From NCBI GenBank assembly GCA_963823335.1, contig CAWGLD010000001.1:556548-588547 (forward strand): a stretch of 32,000 bases of DNA, in the 5' to 3' direction. The notes under the pieces are model-generated. The model did no database searches and had not been told where the DNA came from. It saw only the letters and a program-made list of their open reading frames with translations. The translations under genes and the position numbers were made by a program. The first letter of the stretch is position 1. Every line of letters starts with the position of its first letter. This stretch comes from an uncultured delta proteobacterium. GTDB taxonomy: Bacteria; Desulfobacterota; Desulfobacteria; Desulfobacterales; B30-G6. Shown here in pieces: positions 7,401 to 15,976 of the stretch.

Positions 7401-8343
7401 TCTGCTGGGCCAGTATCTTCAACATCAAGGCCCCGATATCCTGTGGTCGCATATCTTCGGAGCGTAATTTTTTCAAGACTTTTTCAAAAGCCCTGGCAGG
7501 CATGGACAAGGGTTGCTTTTTCAGGTAGGCAAAACTGACGTCAAGATAAATCTGTTGTCCTTTGAGGGGAATCGTGGCCAATTTTCCTTCTTCGATTTCC
7601 GCAGCCACACAGGCCTTCACAAGAATGGAAACCCCCTCCCCTTTCTGAACCAGCTGTTTGATAAATTCGTTGTTACTGGTTTCCATGAGAACATTGGGTG
7701 TACAATCATGCTGTTTAAAAAGCATGTTCACGCGCTTTCGGGTTCCTGAACCTGTTTCCTTCATGATCAGCGGCTCTTTAGCCAGGTCCTGGGGGGAGAT
7801 GTCTCCTTCGGCTGTCAGCGGGTGATTTACCGGAACAACAAGAATCAGCTCTTCCTGACTGAAAGGAACAAATGTAACCGCTGGATTCTCTGATGCCTTT
7901 GCAATGACAGCCACTTCATTCTTGAATTCCAGGAGGGTGTTGGTCATGTCCAGTGAGCTGCCCTCATCCAGATGAATTTTGATGCCGGGGTAGTCTTTAT
8001 GAAAGCTGGAGAGCAGCGACGGCATAAAATAGCGCGCATAGGTCTTGGTGGTTCCCAGCCTCAGAACACCCCGTTTCAGCTCCTTCATGTCATCGATGAC
8101 GTTCTCGATTTCTTTTTCATATTGAAAGATTTTCTGGGTGTATTCATACAGTGTCTTGCCTTCTTCCGTCAGATGTATCTGGCGTCCCTTTTTCTTGAAC
8201 AGCTTCAGGTTGCATCCTTCTTCCAGTGCCTTGACCTGGGCCGTTACAGCCGGTTGTGTTACGAAGAGCATGCCTGCCGCAACCGTAAAACTGGCATGCT
8301 TCGCTGCATAATGAAAGGTCCTGAGCTGGTTGAAGTTCAACAT
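7396..8343 (-). CDS. LysR-family transcriptional regulator
   Basis: N-terminal HTH MLNFNQLRTFHYAAKHASFTVAAGMLFVTQPAVTAQVKALEE. Start moved from 8409 to the ATG at 8343, which has an AAGGAAG RBS and gives the canonical LysR N-terminus. Confidence 0.9.
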   Translation of the reverse strand: MLNFNQLRTFHYAAKHASFTVAAGMLFVTQPAVTAQVKALEEGCNLKLFKKKGRQIHLTEEGKTLYEYTQKIFQYEKEIENVIDDMKELKRGVLRLGTTKTYARYFMPSLLSSFHKDYPGIKIHLDEGSSLDMTNTLLEFKNEVAVIAKASENPAVTFVPFSQEELILVVPVNHPLTAEGDISPQDLAKEPLIMKETGSGTRKRVNMLFKQHDCTPNVLMETSNNEFIKQLVQKGEGVSILVKACVAAEIEEGKLATIPLKGQQIYLDVSFAYLKKQPLSMPARAFEKVLKKLRSEDMRPQDIGALMLKILAQQR

Positions 8344-8414
8344 GAACGTCTTCCTTTTTGAAGTATCTCCCAACAAGTCACGGGGCAAGCGCGCGCTGTC
8401 GTGTTTCAAAACTT

Positions 8415-8431
8415 TTATTTATGGAAAATAA
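8415..8431. promoter_or_regulatory. Candidate LysR-type operator (inverted repeat TTATTT-N5-AAATAA)
   Basis: Perfect 6-bp arms containing a T-N11-A, about 72 bp upstream of the LysR start, in the AT-rich divergent region. A second 12-bp palindrome ATAAATATTTAT lies at 8498-8509. Confidence 0.35.
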
Positions 8432-8660
8432 ATCACATAAGAAAATGTTATAATCAACATAAATTTAATTGAATTGACAGAATATTTTAGTTACTCCATA
8501 AATATTTATATTATATCTCCTTCTGCTGCTGAATGTTTTTGCTGATACTTCTTACTGAGACTGGTTTCAGAGCCTCCATTATTCATCGTCCAAGCTTACC
8601 CTGCGGACCTTCAGGGTTCGGCAAAATTCCTATTAACCCCACACAAAAAGGAGGATAAAA

Positions 8661-10517
8661 ATGCCGGACGAAAAAGGAAGATTTCCAGATCCCCACGAGA
8701 TTCAGGTTCCCCCGGAACTTGAGGGATGGGAGGAGATGTATCCATCACATCACCTCTTTTCCAAGGACAGAGCAGACTGGGAAAAAGCGCAATTCTGGTA
8801 TCAGGACAAGATCCATGCACCCGAGCCGGTGCCACCCCTGGATCTCATTTTTCAGGAGGCGTGGCAGATCTCCCTTTCCCAGTACACTACCCGGGTATTT
8901 TGTATTCCACCTGCCCAGGGAATCGCCCAGAGAATGGTGGGCTGTTACCTGTACATCTGTGCCATTGCGCCCCCACCCGACGAAATTATCGGCCAGAAAG
9001 CAGCCCTGTTCGAAAAACGCGTTTTCTATGTATTTGAGCACTATGATGAACTGTGGGAAAAATGGCTCACAAAGTTCAAGGCGCTGGGCCAGGAAATGGA
9101 GGACGTGAAGGTCCCGGCGGAGTTGCCGAAATTTGTTCCGGATGATGAAGTGCTGCCCGCGCCTAAGGGCTACTACGATTCATACACACTCCTCGAATCT
9201 TTCGACAAACTTGTCAACCAGATGTTCAAGGGCTGGCAATATCATTTTGAAATGCTCAATCTGACCTATCTGGCCTACCTCATGTTTGCCGATGTAGCCA
9301 GAAAACTTTTCCCGGGAATCAGTGAAAGCGCCATCGGCAAGATGGTGGCCGGCGCATATGTTTCCATGTTCAAACCGGAGGAGGAATTGTGCCGACTCGC
9401 CAGACTGGCACATTCGACCCAGGCCGTGGCGGATATTTTAAGGAGCGACAACACGGCGGCGGAAAAAATCGCCACGCTTGAAAAAATATCTGAAGGTAAA
9501 AACTGGCTGGCGGAATATGAAAAATCCAAAGACCCCTGGTTCTCTGTGTCCTGCGGCAGCGGCTGGTTTCATCATGAAGGCAGCTGGACAACCAACCTCG
9601 ATATTCCTTTCAGCTATCTCAAGAGTTATGTGGACCGTTTAGCCAATGGAGAAACCATCGAACGTGCCCTGGAGGAGATCGGTAAAGAACGGGACAAAAT
9701 CGTCGAAGAATACAAAAATCTCATCCAGACCGACGAAGACAGACAATCCTTCGACGGTGCCTACAACACCATCCGAACCATCTATCGATATGCCGAGGAT
9801 CATCTCTTCTGGGTGGAACATTGGTTCCATACCATTTGGTACAGAAAAATCCGGAAGATCGGGAAACTGCTTGTCGACAACGGGATGATCGATCAAGTGG
9901 ATGACATTTTCATGTTCAACCGTTACGAAATTCCGCAACTTCTGACCGAAGTTTCAACGGCCTGGGCCCTGGGCGTAGACATACCCATGAGAAGTTCCCA
10001 CTACAAGGCCAAGGTTGTCAAGCGTCGAAGCATTCTGGAGGCCGCCGGAAAATGGAATCCGACACCGGCACTGGGTGTTCCGCCTGCAGAAGTGGCCGAG
10101 CCGTTTACGATCATGCTGTGGGGCATCACCACGGACAGGGTGCAGGAATGGCTCAAGGGCGTCGATGCGGCCCAGGAAGGCGATGTTTCCGAAATCAAAG
10201 GCTTTGCTTCTTCCGCCGGTGTAGCTCAAGGACCCGCAAGGGTACTGAAGTTACTCAAGGACATCCTGGATCTGCAGCCCGGAGAAGTACTGGTTTGTCC
10301 CTCAACCAACCCGTCCTGGGCACCTGTTTTTACCAACATCAAAGCAGCCGTTACCGACATTGGCGGTCTCACAAGTCATGCGGCCATCGTCTGCAGAGAA
10401 TACGGTATTCCGTCCGTCACGGGGACGGGTGTGGCTACGTCTGTTATCAAGACCGGCGATATCGTCAAGGTAGACGGCGATACGGGTTTGGTAGAGGTAA
10501 TCGAACGGGCAGGGTAA
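8661..10517 (+). CDS. Phenylphosphate-synthase alpha-like subunit (PEP-utilising enzyme mobile phospho-His domain, no ATP-grasp domain)
   Basis: 618 aa with strong RBS AAAGGAGGA. C-terminal swivel domain [23 protein letters not shown] holds the phospho-His. N-terminus [16 protein letters not shown] resembles PpsA-type proteins. Confidence 0.8.
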   Translation: MPDEKGRFPDPHEIQVPPELEGWEEMYPSHHLFSKDRADWEKAQFWYQDKIHAPEPVPPLDLIFQEAWQISLSQYTTRVFCIPPAQGIAQRMVGCYLYICAIAPPPDEIIGQKAALFEKRVFYVFEHYDELWEKWLTKFKALGQEMEDVKVPAELPKFVPDDEVLPAPKGYYDSYTLLESFDKLVNQMFKGWQYHFEMLNLTYLAYLMFADVARKLFPGISESAIGKMVAGAYVSMFKPEEELCRLARLAHSTQAVADILRSDNTAAEKIATLEKISEGKNWLAEYEKSKDPWFSVSCGSGWFHHEGSWTTNLDIPFSYLKSYVDRLANGETIERALEEIGKERDKIVEEYKNLIQTDEDRQSFDGAYNTIRTIYRYAEDHLFWVEHWFHTIWYRKIRKIGKLLVDNGMIDQVDDIFMFNRYEIPQLLTEVSTAWALGVDIPMRSSHYKAKVVKRRSILEAAGKWNPTPALGVPPAEVAEPFTIMLWGITTDRVQEWLKGVDAAQEGDVSEIKGFASSAGVAQGPARVLKLLKDILDLQPGEVLVCPSTNPSWAPVFTNIKAAVTDIGGLTSHAAIVCREYGIPSVTGTGVATSVIKTGDIVKVDGDTGLVEVIERAG

Positions 10518-10555
10518 TCCGACACCTACGTTGCCCGAACAACCATTTAAGCATG

Positions 10556-10586
10556 TTTGGAGCGGTGTAACCAACGCCGCTCCAAA
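10556..10586 (+). other. Intercistronic stem-loop (10-bp perfect stem, 11-nt loop, no U-tract)
   Basis: TTTGGAGCGG-tgtaaccaacg-CCGCTCCAAA lies between the two synthase subunit genes. Confidence 0.6.
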
Positions 10587-10615
10587 CTTCCTAAAACCCG
10601 TAAACGGGGGTGGAA

Positions 10616-11686
10616 ATGGAGTATGTTCTTACTTTCCTGGAGGTAGACAAAAATTCACTGTCGCTGGTTGGCGGCAAAAACGCCAGTCTGGGAGAATTGA
10701 TAAAGGCGGACATTCGCGTGCCTCCCGGTTTTGCCGTAACCACGGAGAGTTATCATAAATTTATCACCGAAACCGGGATCAGGGACAAGATTTTCCAAAT
10801 ACTATCGGACATGAAGCCGGGAGACATTGCCGCCCTGAATGCCGCCAGCGAAAGTATCCAGACGCTGATACAGGGTTCAGCCCTGTCGGAAGACATCCGA
10901 TCGGCCATCGAAAAAGCATATGCGGAGCTCTGCGCCGACTGCCGGGTAATCGACATGCCGGTGGCGGTTCGTTCAAGCGCTACGGCCGAAGACCTGCCCA
11001 CGGCCAGCTTCGCCGGTCAACAGGACACCTATCTCTGGATTCAGGGTCACAAAGATGTCGCGGAAAAGGTTCAGCGCTGCTGGGCCAGCCTGTTTACACC
11101 CCGGGCCATCGATTATCGTGTAAAAAATAAGTTTGCACATGAGAAAGTTCTGATCAGCGTAGGGGTTCAGAAAATGGTGAACTCCAGAGCTGCCGGGGTT
11201 ATGTTTACATTGAACCCGACCGACGGCGACCTGTCCAAGGTCGTTATCGAAGGCAGCTGGGGGCTGGGGGAGACTGTCGTTTCCGGCTCCGTCAATCCGG
11301 ACAAGTTCGTGGTAGACAAGGTGGTCATGGAAACTTCAGACAAGACCATTTCCACCAAACACATCGCCTGCGTATACGACCCGCAGGCAGGTAAGGTCGT
11401 GGATGCGGATGTGGATGAAGACATGCAGTGCAAATGCTGTCTGGAGGATATGGAAGTCAAGGCCCTGGTGAGCATGGGCAAGTTGATCGAACGGCACTAC
11501 AAGCGCCCCATGGACATCGAATGGGCCATCGATAAAGACCTCGATTTCCCCGAGAATATCTTTATCGTGCAGGCGCGGCCGGAGACCGTCTGGAGCCAGC
11601 GTAAGACACGCTCGCTAATCGGCGCTAAAAGCGGCTATCAACTTTTGATGGAACAGGCCATGAAACGGATCAAGATACCCAGTTAA
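10616..11686 (+). CDS. Phenylphosphate-synthase beta-like subunit (PEP/pyruvate-binding ATP-grasp domain of PEP synthase)
   Basis: The ORF track starts at GTG 10610. The ATG at 10616 has ACGGGGG 5 nt upstream. LVGGKNASLGEL, VAVRSSATAEDLPTASFAGQQDTYL and DIEWAID are PPDK_N/PpsA N-domain hallmarks. Confidence 0.85.
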   Translation: MEYVLTFLEVDKNSLSLVGGKNASLGELIKADIRVPPGFAVTTESYHKFITETGIRDKIFQILSDMKPGDIAALNAASESIQTLIQGSALSEDIRSAIEKAYAELCADCRVIDMPVAVRSSATAEDLPTASFAGQQDTYLWIQGHKDVAEKVQRCWASLFTPRAIDYRVKNKFAHEKVLISVGVQKMVNSRAAGVMFTLNPTDGDLSKVVIEGSWGLGETVVSGSVNPDKFVVDKVVMETSDKTISTKHIACVYDPQAGKVVDADVDEDMQCKCCLEDMEVKALVSMGKLIERHYKRPMDIEWAIDKDLDFPENIFIVQARPETVWSQRKTRSLIGAKSGYQLLMEQAMKRIKIPS

Positions 11687-11691
11687 AAAAT

Positions 11692-11835
11692 AGGGTTCGA
11701 GGGTCCGAGGGTCCGAGTGGCGAAGGGTGGCTGACGGCAGTGAGCGAAAGGCACCTGCAGCCTATCGTCTAAACGCCTAAAAGAAGTGCTTGGTTCTCAG
11801 CTGAAATTAACACTAAAACCTAAAACCTAAAACGA
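11692..11835 (+). repeat. Composite intergenic repeat, copy C (G-rich arm, core 11729-11756, CAGCTG plus CTAAAAC x3 tail)
   Basis: Starts 6 nt after the PpsB-like stop. Core GGCTGACGGCAGTGAGCGAAAGGCACCT is identical to copy D. Confidence 0.85.
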
Positions 11836-11944
11836 AAATACTGCACTAACGTCTATACCGCAAAAAAAATCGTTTGGTAAAAATCATATGGGTTTTGTTT
11901 GCATGTTTGTTCAATTCTAACCAATAAAGGAGGACTGTTGCTCT

Positions 11945-13351
11945 ATGAAGAACATGAGAGATTTTATCACAGAAGGTGAGAAAAAGGGCCTGTGTAAACG
12001 AATTTCAGCTGAAGTCGATTGGAATCTGGAGTTGTCGCATATCGCCAAACTCAATGAAGAGCAAAAGGGTCCGGCGCTGCTGTTTGAAAATGTGAAGGAC
12101 TATGACACACCGGTGATTACCAGTGTCTGTACCACCCCTGAAAGACTGGCATTTATCCTTGGTCAACCATTGGATTCCACGCTTGTAGATCTCTACGCGC
12201 ACTGGGCCAAGCTGGGGGACAACCTGTTGGAGCCCAAGTATGTGGAAAAAGCGGATGCGCCATGCAAAGAGAATATCATCACCGGGGACGACATTGACCT
12301 TTTCAAATTCCCCGTGCCGCAGTGGTATCCTCTGGACGGGGGCCGTTATATCGGGACCGCTCATTTCTTCATCAGCAAGGATCCCGAAACCGGCTGGGTA
12401 AACCTGGGAACCTACAGGGCTCAGCTATTGGGAAAAGACAAGATTGGCACCCAGTTTATCAAGGGCAAACATGCCGACATCATGCTGAAGAAATATCAAG
12501 CCATGGGGAAACCCATGCCGGTGGCTTCAGTAATCGGGTGTGATCCTCTGCTTTTTATCCTCGGTGCAGCACGCGTTTCAGCTTTTACTTCAGAATACGA
12601 TGTGGCAGGCGCCCTGCGCGGTGAGCCTGTAGAAGTCGTTAAAGGAGAAATCGTCGATCTGCCCATTCCGGCACATGCCGAGATCGTGCTCGAAGGAGAA
12701 GTGGATGCCGACAAATTTATGGAAGAAGGACCGTTCGGTGAATATACCGGGTATTATTCCGGCGTTGGTACGGATCCACGCAATTTCATGGATGTCCAAT
12801 GTGTCACCCATCGTAACAATCCGATTCTCTGGGGAACCACCGTCGGCCGGGCCGTTACAGACACGCACATGACCATGGCACTGTCATATGGGGCCACCCT
12901 TTGGCAACAATTGTTGGCCATGAAGATTCCAGGCTTGAAAGCGGTTTACTGCCCGCCGGAAGGCTCCGGACGGTTTTTGGCCATCATCTCCATGAAGCAG
13001 ATGTATCCCGGGCATGCAGACCAGGTGCTCACGGCTGCCATTTCAACGGAAATGGGTGCCTATGGTCTGAAAACCGTCATCGTCGTGGATGAGGATATCG
13101 ACCCCTGGGATATTCCCCGGGTCCTGTATGCCTTGAGTTTCAGATTCCAGCCCAACCGCAGTCAGGTCATCAAGAGAGGGCGGTCCACACCACTGGATCC
13201 GTCTCTGCCCATCAATGCGCGGGAAATTACCGGTAGACTTTTGTTGGATGCCACCATACCCTATGACTGGAAACACAAACCGATTCCCATTGAACTGGAC
13301 GCGGAAATGGTGAAAAGAGTCAAGTCGCGATGGTCTGAGTTGGGGTTATAA
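11945..13351 (+). CDS. UbiD-family (de)carboxylase, phenylphosphate-carboxylase alpha/beta-like
   Basis: 468 aa. VDWNLELSHIAKLNEEQKGPALLFE, EGPFGEYTGYY and KRGRSTPLDP blocks are typical of UbiD/Ppc-type carboxylases. AGGAGG lies 11 nt upstream. Confidence 0.85.
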   Translation: MKNMRDFITEGEKKGLCKRISAEVDWNLELSHIAKLNEEQKGPALLFENVKDYDTPVITSVCTTPERLAFILGQPLDSTLVDLYAHWAKLGDNLLEPKYVEKADAPCKENIITGDDIDLFKFPVPQWYPLDGGRYIGTAHFFISKDPETGWVNLGTYRAQLLGKDKIGTQFIKGKHADIMLKKYQAMGKPMPVASVIGCDPLLFILGAARVSAFTSEYDVAGALRGEPVEVVKGEIVDLPIPAHAEIVLEGEVDADKFMEEGPFGEYTGYYSGVGTDPRNFMDVQCVTHRNNPILWGTTVGRAVTDTHMTMALSYGATLWQQLLAMKIPGLKAVYCPPEGSGRFLAIISMKQMYPGHADQVLTAAISTEMGAYGLKTVIVVDEDIDPWDIPRVLYALSFRFQPNRSQVIKRGRSTPLDPSLPINAREITGRLLLDATIPYDWKHKPIPIELDAEMVKRVKSRWSELGL

Positions 13352-13385
13352 AAATAAAAACGCTCAATTTAGGAGGAGTTAGGTA

Positions 13386-13901
13386 ATGTCCGATACCGAC
13401 ATGATAGAAGACAAAAAGGTTCTGGTGGTTGATGATGAACAGGACATTCTGGAGGTTTTGGAAGAACTGCTGGATATGTGCCATGTGACAACAGCGTCGA
13501 CCTTTGATCAGGCTAAAACCCTGTTGGAAACCCAGGCCTTTGACATCGCGATTCTCGATATCATGGGGGTTGACGGATATCGCCTGTTGGAAATTGCCAA
13601 CAAGAAAAAGATACCCGCAATTATGCTTACAGCGCATGCATTCTCTGCCGGCAACCTGGTAAAGACCATCAAAGAGGGTGCCTATGCCTATGTTCCCAAA
13701 GAAGAAATCGGCCGGATCGCCGAGTTTCTTTCAGATGCCTTGAACGCCAAAAAACAAGGCAAAAATCCCTGGCGCGTCTGGGAGGAAAGACTGCCGTCAT
13801 CCTATTTTGAAAAAAGATGGGGGGCGGCCTGGAAGAATTCGGACCGGGACTTCTGGAACAAATTCAGGGAAAGCATCAAAACGCGGGATGGGAAAAAATA
13901 A
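13386..13901 (+). CDS. Stand-alone response-regulator receiver domain protein with a Trp-rich C-terminal extension
   Basis: 171 aa with AGGAGG RBS. VLVVDDE, phospho-acceptor AILDIMG, MLTAH and YVPKEE give the full receiver residue set. No DNA-binding domain. Confidence 0.8.
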   Translation: MSDTDMIEDKKVLVVDDEQDILEVLEELLDMCHVTTASTFDQAKTLLETQAFDIAILDIMGVDGYRLLEIANKKKIPAIMLTAHAFSAGNLVKTIKEGAYAYVPKEEIGRIAEFLSDALNAKKQGKNPWRVWEERLPSSYFEKRWGAAWKNSDRDFWNKFRESIKTRDGKK

Positions 13902-13912
13902 CGCAGTTATCC

Positions 13913-13934
13913 CCAACCAGGATAAACCGGTTGG
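13913..13934 (+). other. Stem-loop after the receiver gene (CCAACCAGG-ATAAA-CCGGTTGG, one bulge, no U-tract)
   Basis: Read directly from the sequence, 12 nt after the stop codon. Confidence 0.3.
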
Positions 13935-13980
13935 AGTGAAGCGAAAACCCTGGCTTGCCGGGGAAAAGATAAGACCTTTT

Positions 13981-14060
13981 ATCACGAAAGCACGAAAGTA
14001 CGAAAACACGAAAATTTTCATGGTCTTTTTCGTGTTTTTCAGATTTCGTGTTTTCGTGAT
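13981..14060. repeat. CACGAAA short-unit palindromic repeat (about 35-nt imperfect arms)
   Basis: ATCACGAAAGCACGAAAGTACGAAAACACGAAAA-ttttcatgg-...TTTTCGTGTTTTTCAGATTTCGTGTTTTCGTGAT. The left arm holds four CACGAAA-like units and the right arm their complements. Confidence 0.85.
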
Positions 14061-14158
14061 TGCTTATATTTTTTTGCCACATAATTTACAAATTTTACAG
14101 TGCTCTGTGTCATTTGGACTTTATAGATAAGCATGAAAAAGAAAGAAGGAGGTTTGAA

Positions 14159-15814
14159 TTGAAACCGATTCGTTACCAGAAAGATATGATCGATGAATTT
14201 GTGACCGATGGTTACTGGACCGAAGAGCTTTTCTATGACTTCTGGGATAGAAATGCCCGGGAAATCGGTAACCGGGAAGCGCTGGTAGACTCGAAATATC
14301 GCCTGACATGGTCTGAAGCCAAAAAACTGGTGGACGCCATGGCCATTTCCTGGGTGGAAATGGGAATTCCCAAACATTCCCGGGTCATCATTCAATCGCC
14401 CAACAGTGTCTACGGGTTTCTCGCCCGAATCGCCTGTGAGAGGGCCGGACTCATTTCTCTTACGGTCTATCCATACCTTCGTCAGAGGGAATTGGAGTAC
14501 ATGCTGGAGAAAACAGAGGCCAAGGCAGTCGTTATTCTGAACATCTACAACAAATTCAATTATCTAAAAATGTACACGGAGCTCCAGAAACAGTTTCCCC
14601 ATCTAAAATATTTTTTTCTTTTCGACGATGACGTTCCGGACGATGCGCCTGCGGGTACCTATTCGCTGCCCCGGATGACCCAGCTCCGGGCAGAAAAACC
14701 AGTGGACGCATCCGTGCTGGCAGAACGCAGGTTGGACCCGTTCTGGAACATCTCCCTGCTCACGACCACATCCGGCACCACCGGTATCCCCAAGCTGGTG
14801 GAGTGGCCCACCGCGCCCCGCGTCTGCACATCCAAAGGCAGATGCGCCATCTGGAACCTCAACCGTGACGACACCACCATGGCCATCGCCCCTCATGCCG
14901 GCGGAGCGGCTGGAACACTGACGTATTTCGCCGCCCCCATTGCCGGTGCCAAAACCGTGATGTTGGAGGAGTTTTCCGGCGAAGGCGCGCTGGCGCTCAT
15001 CGAAAAAGAGAAAGCTACGGCCATCGGTGTGGTTCCCACCCACCTTATACGGATGCTGGAGGCCGACGTCTCCAAATACGATCTGAGTTCTCTGCGGTTT
15101 ATCCGCTCGGCCGGCGGGTATTTATCACCCCAGGTGGCCGAAGAAGCTGAAAACGCATTTAAGGCAAGCATTACCAGCGACCTTGGGACCCAGGACAAGG
15201 GATCGGTGTCCGGGTGCAGCGTAGAGGATTCAAAGGATCTTCGCCGCAGAACCGTCGGCCGCATGCTTCCGGGCAACAAGGTGAGATTGCTGGACAAGGA
15301 CACCGGCAAAGAAGTGCCCGAGGGCGAACCCGGAGTTCTCTGGCTCAGGGGCCCCCACGCCCCGGCAGGATACTTCCGGGACGAGGAATTGACCGCCACG
15401 GTGTTCGACAAGGACGGATGGACCACCACGGAGGATATCGTCAAATTCGATCAGGGCTGTCTGTGGATTCTGGGCCGGGCCAAGGACATGATCATCCGGG
15501 GAGGACAGAACATCTATCCTGCAGAGATCGAGGGCCTGCTCAATGATCATCCCGGGGTATCGTCTGTAGCGGTTGTGGGGTATCCGGACCGGGAGATGGG
15601 TGAACGGTGCTGTGCCTACGTCATCCCCAAGCCTGGTGTGGATTTTTCCTTTGACGAAATGGTTTCTTTTCTCAAGGGGAAAAATATTGCCATGTTCAAA
15701 CTTCCGGAACGGCTCGAAATTGTGTCTGAGTTTCCCCTGGTGGGAGATTCGGGCAAGGTCAACAAGGAAACCTTGAAGGAACAGATCAAGGCATTGGTTG
15801 AGAAGGGGAGCTAA
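14159..15814 (+). CDS. AMP-forming aryl-carboxylate-CoA ligase (ANL superfamily, EntE/4-hydroxybenzoate-CoA ligase-like)
   Basis: TTG start at 14159 with AGGAGG 6 nt upstream; the ORF-track start at 14060 lies inside the palindromic repeat. Motifs TTTSGTTGIPKLVE, GRAKDMIIRGGQNIYPAEIE and C-terminal SGKVNK. Confidence 0.85.
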   Translation: MKPIRYQKDMIDEFVTDGYWTEELFYDFWDRNAREIGNREALVDSKYRLTWSEAKKLVDAMAISWVEMGIPKHSRVIIQSPNSVYGFLARIACERAGLISLTVYPYLRQRELEYMLEKTEAKAVVILNIYNKFNYLKMYTELQKQFPHLKYFFLFDDDVPDDAPAGTYSLPRMTQLRAEKPVDASVLAERRLDPFWNISLLTTTSGTTGIPKLVEWPTAPRVCTSKGRCAIWNLNRDDTTMAIAPHAGGAAGTLTYFAAPIAGAKTVMLEEFSGEGALALIEKEKATAIGVVPTHLIRMLEADVSKYDLSSLRFIRSAGGYLSPQVAEEAENAFKASITSDLGTQDKGSVSGCSVEDSKDLRRRTVGRMLPGNKVRLLDKDTGKEVPEGEPGVLWLRGPHAPAGYFRDEELTATVFDKDGWTTTEDIVKFDQGCLWILGRAKDMIIRGGQNIYPAEIEGLLNDHPGVSSVAVVGYPDREMGERCCAYVIPKPGVDFSFDEMVSFLKGKNIAMFKLPERLEIVSEFPLVGDSGKVNKETLKEQIKALVEKGS

Positions 15815-15817
15815 AAC

Positions 15818-15913
15818 AGGGTCCAGGGGTGATACAAGGGTGGTAAGAGGGTTCGAGGGTGGCTGACGGCAGTGAGCGAAAGGCACCTAAAAGCCTACAG
15901 TCTAAAGCCCTAA
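15818..15913 (+). repeat. Composite intergenic repeat, copy D (G-rich arm, core 15861-15888, CTAAA tail)
   Basis: Starts 4 nt after the CoA-ligase stop. The core is identical to copy C. Confidence 0.85.
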
Positions 15914-15976
15914 TTTTCTGAACTAGGTTCATCGGCTTTTCGCTAGTGTCCGTCCAAAAATAGAGATTTTCGCGTT

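Noticed and set aside
8344-8409. Upstream ORF-track starts giving N-terminal extensions: LysR at 8409, UbiX at 17263, polyferredoxin at 22174, Zn-ribbon at 19808, MoaD-like at 24618, CoA ligase at 14060, LutC at 29918, PpsB-like at 10610.
   Set aside because: In each case an internal start has a better RBS and restores the canonical family N-terminus. The extensions run through repeats or the preceding gene.
11888-11906. Sigma-54 promoter-like TGGGTTTTGTTTGCA upstream of the UbiD gene.
   Set aside because: The GG-to-GC spacing is one nucleotide short of the strict -24/-12 geometry.
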